A stretch of 64,000 nt of DNA from the NCBI GenBank assembly GCA_038087875.1, contig JAXLNO010004584.1, positions 186,001 through 250,000 on the forward strand, given 5' to 3'. Shown one piece after another: positions 59,846 to 64,000 of this stretch (the stretch's first letter is position 1; each line of letters starts with the position of its first letter). This stretch comes from Malacoraja senta (Eukaryota). A program made the position numbers and the translations under genes. The notes under the pieces were generated by a model. The model was not told the DNA's origin and made no database searches. It saw only the letters and a program-made list of their open reading frames with translations.

Positions 59846-60036
59846 CTGGAAGCGAAAACCAAAAATGGAATGTGTAAGAAGGAACTGCAGATGCTGATCT
59901 GAAGAAGGGTCTCGACTCGAAACGTCACCCATTCCTTCTCTCCAGAGATGCTTCCTGTCCTAGCTGAGTTACTTCAGCTTTTTGTGTCTATCTTCACCAA
60001 AAGCGGAATGTTAGTTTTGATCTGCATAACAAGATT

Positions 60037-63000
60037 TTACTTCGGAGTCACGTGAGTGACTACGTGAAGAATCCCGCCAGTGCGCCTGCGCGTCATTACG
60101 TCAGACGCATTGGCGCAAACGGACGTGTGGAGCAGAGCTCCTCTAGTGGAAATGTAGTTGTGAACTACAATGTAAGTAAAAACATTTTTCGAAAGTATTT
60201 CCGTGTCCGTTTGCTGTGGACCTGTGGGGATTTTTTCCACAGGCACCATGGAAAACCGGGCAAAGGGAGGAGGCGAGCGGCACAGCCGGTTGAAAGTCAT
60301 GATATTGCGGTCGTCGACCAGCCGCCTCTGACCCCGGTACAGTCGCCAGCGGAGAGCGTAGCGAGTGTGGACTTGGGGCTAAAAAGAGCGCAGTCAGCGC
60401 CAGTGGGGCGCAAGGCGAAAGTCAAGTCCGTACGGCCCATGGAGGAGGAGTCCGAAGAGATGGAGATAACTCCAGGGCTGGATTCCGCTTTTGAGCGGAT
60501 CTCCCAAATGGAAAGCCTTATACACAGGCTGTTGGAGAAAAGCACACTCAGAGATGAGTGTAGCAAAAGCCAGGCTGCAGAAAGCAGCTCAGCAGCACCT
60601 AGCAAAGGGCTGTTGGAGTGCACCCTGATTGATGAGGCGCGTGCACTGGGTCATGAGAGTTCAGACCCCGACTCGGACGGTGAGGCTGTTCAAGGCGAAG
60701 AACGGCAGCTGCCAGATATTCCACCTTTGGCAGTACGATTCGCTGCCCCATCAGGGTCAGGAGAGCCACTAGGAGAAGAGTTGGCCTCCCTAATAAGTTA
60801 CTTTGTATCCCATCAGCTGGAACAGCTTGAAATGGATGACACTACAAAAAAGCATGAGACTCCAAGTAACTGTGTGTTGTTGAAGGCACCAGCAGTAAAT
60901 CAAGTGATCTGGAGTTAAATGAGCATGACTATGAGAGCTCAAGAAGTAAAGCTGCAGAGAATATTAAAGCTGCTGGGTTCTGGAATAACTGCATTAGCCA
61001 GAATAACGGATAGAAGCCAGCAGATGACAGAGTTGCATTAGGAGGCACTGGGGTTGCTATGTAGCGCCCACTTCGAGATTAATTGTCTGAGGAAGTGTGC
61101 TATCCGGCCTACTATCAATCCTAAATTCGCAGCACTCTGCAAACCAAGTAATATACAACTACCCAACTTACTCATTGGAGAGGATCTCGGGAGACGTGTA
61201 AAGGATTTGGAGGATGAAGCGAAAACAGCCGGATTGATGAACACATCGATGGTTGGCAAGTCTGCAAAGAGGAGGTATCCTTTCAGACGTCATACTGATC
61301 CTGGACCAGGACCAAGTCGCTCATCATCGCAGGGACGTAGTTGGCGACCTGCAGCGGGAGCACGAACCAGCATGGGTCCTCCCGGCAGAATCCAGGGACC
61401 ACAGGTCACTCAAATGACTAAGGAGGTAGGTGGACCTGGTTCTCATGGGAACATACTAACGGTAGTACACCCAAAAGTTGGAGGCAGATTACATCTCTTC
61501 TATAACAATTGGAAGCTGATTACTTCAGATCCTGTAATTCTGAATATTATACAAGGATTTCGAATTGAGTTCAATCCAAATTATGATTTGCCTATCCAGC
61601 ATGTTCCTAGCAGAATCCTCCACTTTTCACAAAAAGAAGTGATGGAGGTTCAAGCTGAACTTGAAAACCTATATAATAAAGGTGTTATTGAAAAATCAGT
61701 TTATCAAACTCACCAATTTGTGTCAAATGTATTCCCTAGACCAAAAAAGGATGGAGGATGTAGGATTATTTTGGACTTGACAAGTCTTAATCCTTTTGTT
61801 CAATTTAGACACTTTAAAATGGAGACGTTTGTAACTGCCAAGCAGCTTATTTCAAAAGCATGTTATATGGCAACTGTAGATCTAAAAGATGCATATTATT
61901 CAGTGTCTGTTCATTTGGAAGATAGAAAGTATCTGGATGAACCAGTTATGGCAGTTTAAGGCTCTGCCTAATGGGTTAACTTCAGCTCCCAGAATATTCA
62001 CTAAATTGCTAAAACCAATTTTGGGATTGCTGAGAAGCCAGGGGCATGTACTAATGGCATACTTGGATGATGTCCTGATTATAGGACGGACAAAAGAGTC
62101 AACAGAATTGTCTGTTTCAGTTGTGAAATCCACTTTTGAAAGCTTGGGGTTTCTAATTCATCCAAAGAATTCAAGGTTAATACCATGCACATCAATTGAT
62201 TATTTGGGGTTCACAATTGAATCAGTCGACATGAAAATCACTTTGCCCAGTGAAAAAAGGGTGGAGTTGATTGATGATTGCAGTAATCTGTTAAACGAGC
62301 AAAAACCTTCAATCAGAGATGTGGCTAAAGTACTGGGGAAATTAGTAGCAGCATTCCCAGCAGTACAATATGGGCCATTATATTACCAACAGCTGCAGAG
62401 AATTAAAGAACAGGCAATGAGGATGCATGCTGGCCATTTTGATAGAACCATGCAATTAACAACAAATGCTGTTTCTGATCTGCAGTGGTAGATTCGACAT
62501 GTCTCAAGTAGTTTCAGCAAAGTACTGATTGAACAGCCTTCCATGATATTACAAACTGATGTCAGTGCACTAGGATGGGGTGCAACTGATTTGGCATCCA
62601 GCTGTGGAGGCAGATGGAATTAGGAAGTCATTGTTACTGCAGATATGGGGAATTAACTATTTGGAGCTTTTAGGAGGTTTCTATGGACTCCAAGCTTATT
62701 GTTCTAACACAACTAACCTGCATGTTCAATTTCAAATTGATTACACAACAGCAGTTGCCTATATTAATCATATGGGTGGAATCAAGTGACAAATTGGCTA
62801 ATCAAATCTGGTCTTGGTGTATTGAAAAGAATATTTGGATTTCAGCTATTCATCTACCAGGTAGATTGAATATTATAGCAGACACCAGGTCAAGAAAATT
62901 CCATGATAATAAAGAATGGATGTTAAATCGAGATGTATTCAATGACATAGTAATCAGATTTGGAATGCCAGATATCGACTTATTCGCATCTAGACTAAAT

Positions 63001-64000
63001 CATCAACTATCGAGATATGTGCCATGGGAACCAGATCCAGGTGCAGTAGCGATTGATGCTTTCTCGCTACATTGGGGTGGTATGTTTTTATATGCATTTC
63101 CACCTTTCTGCCTCATAAGCCGGTGTTTGCTTAAAATCAGGGGTACTAGTAGTACCAGATTGGCTTACACAGCTATGGTTTCCTTTAATATTAGAATTAA
63201 CGACACAGCCTTTGATGAAAGTCCCATAAGAAGGGATTTACTACTGCATCTGGTAACAGGAGAACAACATCCATTATATGATCGTTTGGATTTGTTAATT
63301 TGCAGGTTTTAAGAAGGCCTTTTCTGGGGCGAGGACTGTCTGTGCGTACTGTGGATATGCTTACGGCAGCCTGGAGGAAGAGCACTCAAAAACAGTACCT
63401 TTCTTATATTAAGAAATGGGAAGAGTTCTGTGTACAAAAGAATGTAGAATATTGTACGGCAGATATTTCAAATGTTTTAGAGTTTTTGTCAACACTTTAC
63501 TACGATGAGGGGTTGAGTTATAGTGGAATTAATTCAGCCAGGAGTGCATTGTCCTCATATTTAGTTGTGGAGTCAGAAGGAAATCCTATTGGGTCTCATC
63601 CACTGGTTTCCAGATTGATGAAAGGAATTTTTAATTCCAGACCTCCTAAGCCTAGGTACATGACAATCTGGGATGCGAGTGTGGTTCTTAAGCTACTTCG
63701 TGAATGGTCACCTAGCATATCTTTGCCTTTGGCCAAACTCAGTATGAAAGTGGTCATGCTAATGGCATTAGTAACAGCACAACGAGTGCAGACATTTCAA
63801 AAAATACAAATAGACAGGATGGAAGTAGCTGAAGATAATGTTACATTTTACATTTATGACCTACTAAAGCAAAGTAGGCCAGGTGTGACGGGATTCAGAA
63901 TTGTGTTATCAGCGTATCCAAATGATCCATGTCTCTGTATTAAGACATATTTGTTACAATACATTGAGGTTACAAAGGTTTTGTGAAATAAGGAAACTGG
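60037..64000 (+). mobile_element. DIRS1-like retrotransposon, runs off the window end, ORFs disrupted
   Basis: Left terminus as at 48818; gag-like 60052-60918, RT 61054-62491, MT-like DIDLFASRLNH...AFPPF, YR from 63300. Confidence 0.95.

Overview
Eukaryotic genomic DNA, most likely a cartilaginous fish (skate/ray-like). It is intron- and transposon-rich, with a 200-N gap at 20949-21148. Left of the gap are the last four coding exons of xanthine dehydrogenase (XDH, +), an orphan frameshifted immunoglobulin heavy-chain C1 exon resembling IgW/IgX CH1 (-, 5526-5820), and nested V-SINE, CR1, Rex1/Babar, Penelope and MITE insertions. Right of the gap are L1, L2, Tx1-like and Penelope elements, then a rearranged and apparently disabled ZW10 locus on the minus strand. 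Its exon order is e9-e3-e4-e4-e5-e6-e7-e8-e9-e3 (human numbering). It carries three DIRS tyrosine-recombinase retrotransposon copies, a young L1 flanked by a 641-bp direct repeat, and a Rex1/Babar LINE. The most notable signals are: (i) minimal hammerhead-ribozyme cores in Penelope termini and in ~95-bp TSD-flanked mini-elements; (ii) an L1 that landed inside a ZW10 exon but left it intact because of the 641-bp duplication; (iii) phase-compatible exon scrambling of ZW10; (iv) the orphan Ig CH1 exon just downstream of and antisense to XDH; (v) several templated-repair or long-direct-repeat junctions. No prokaryotic system or CRISPR array is present. Homology calls come from my recollection of the protein families, not from database searches, and identities were estimated by eye.
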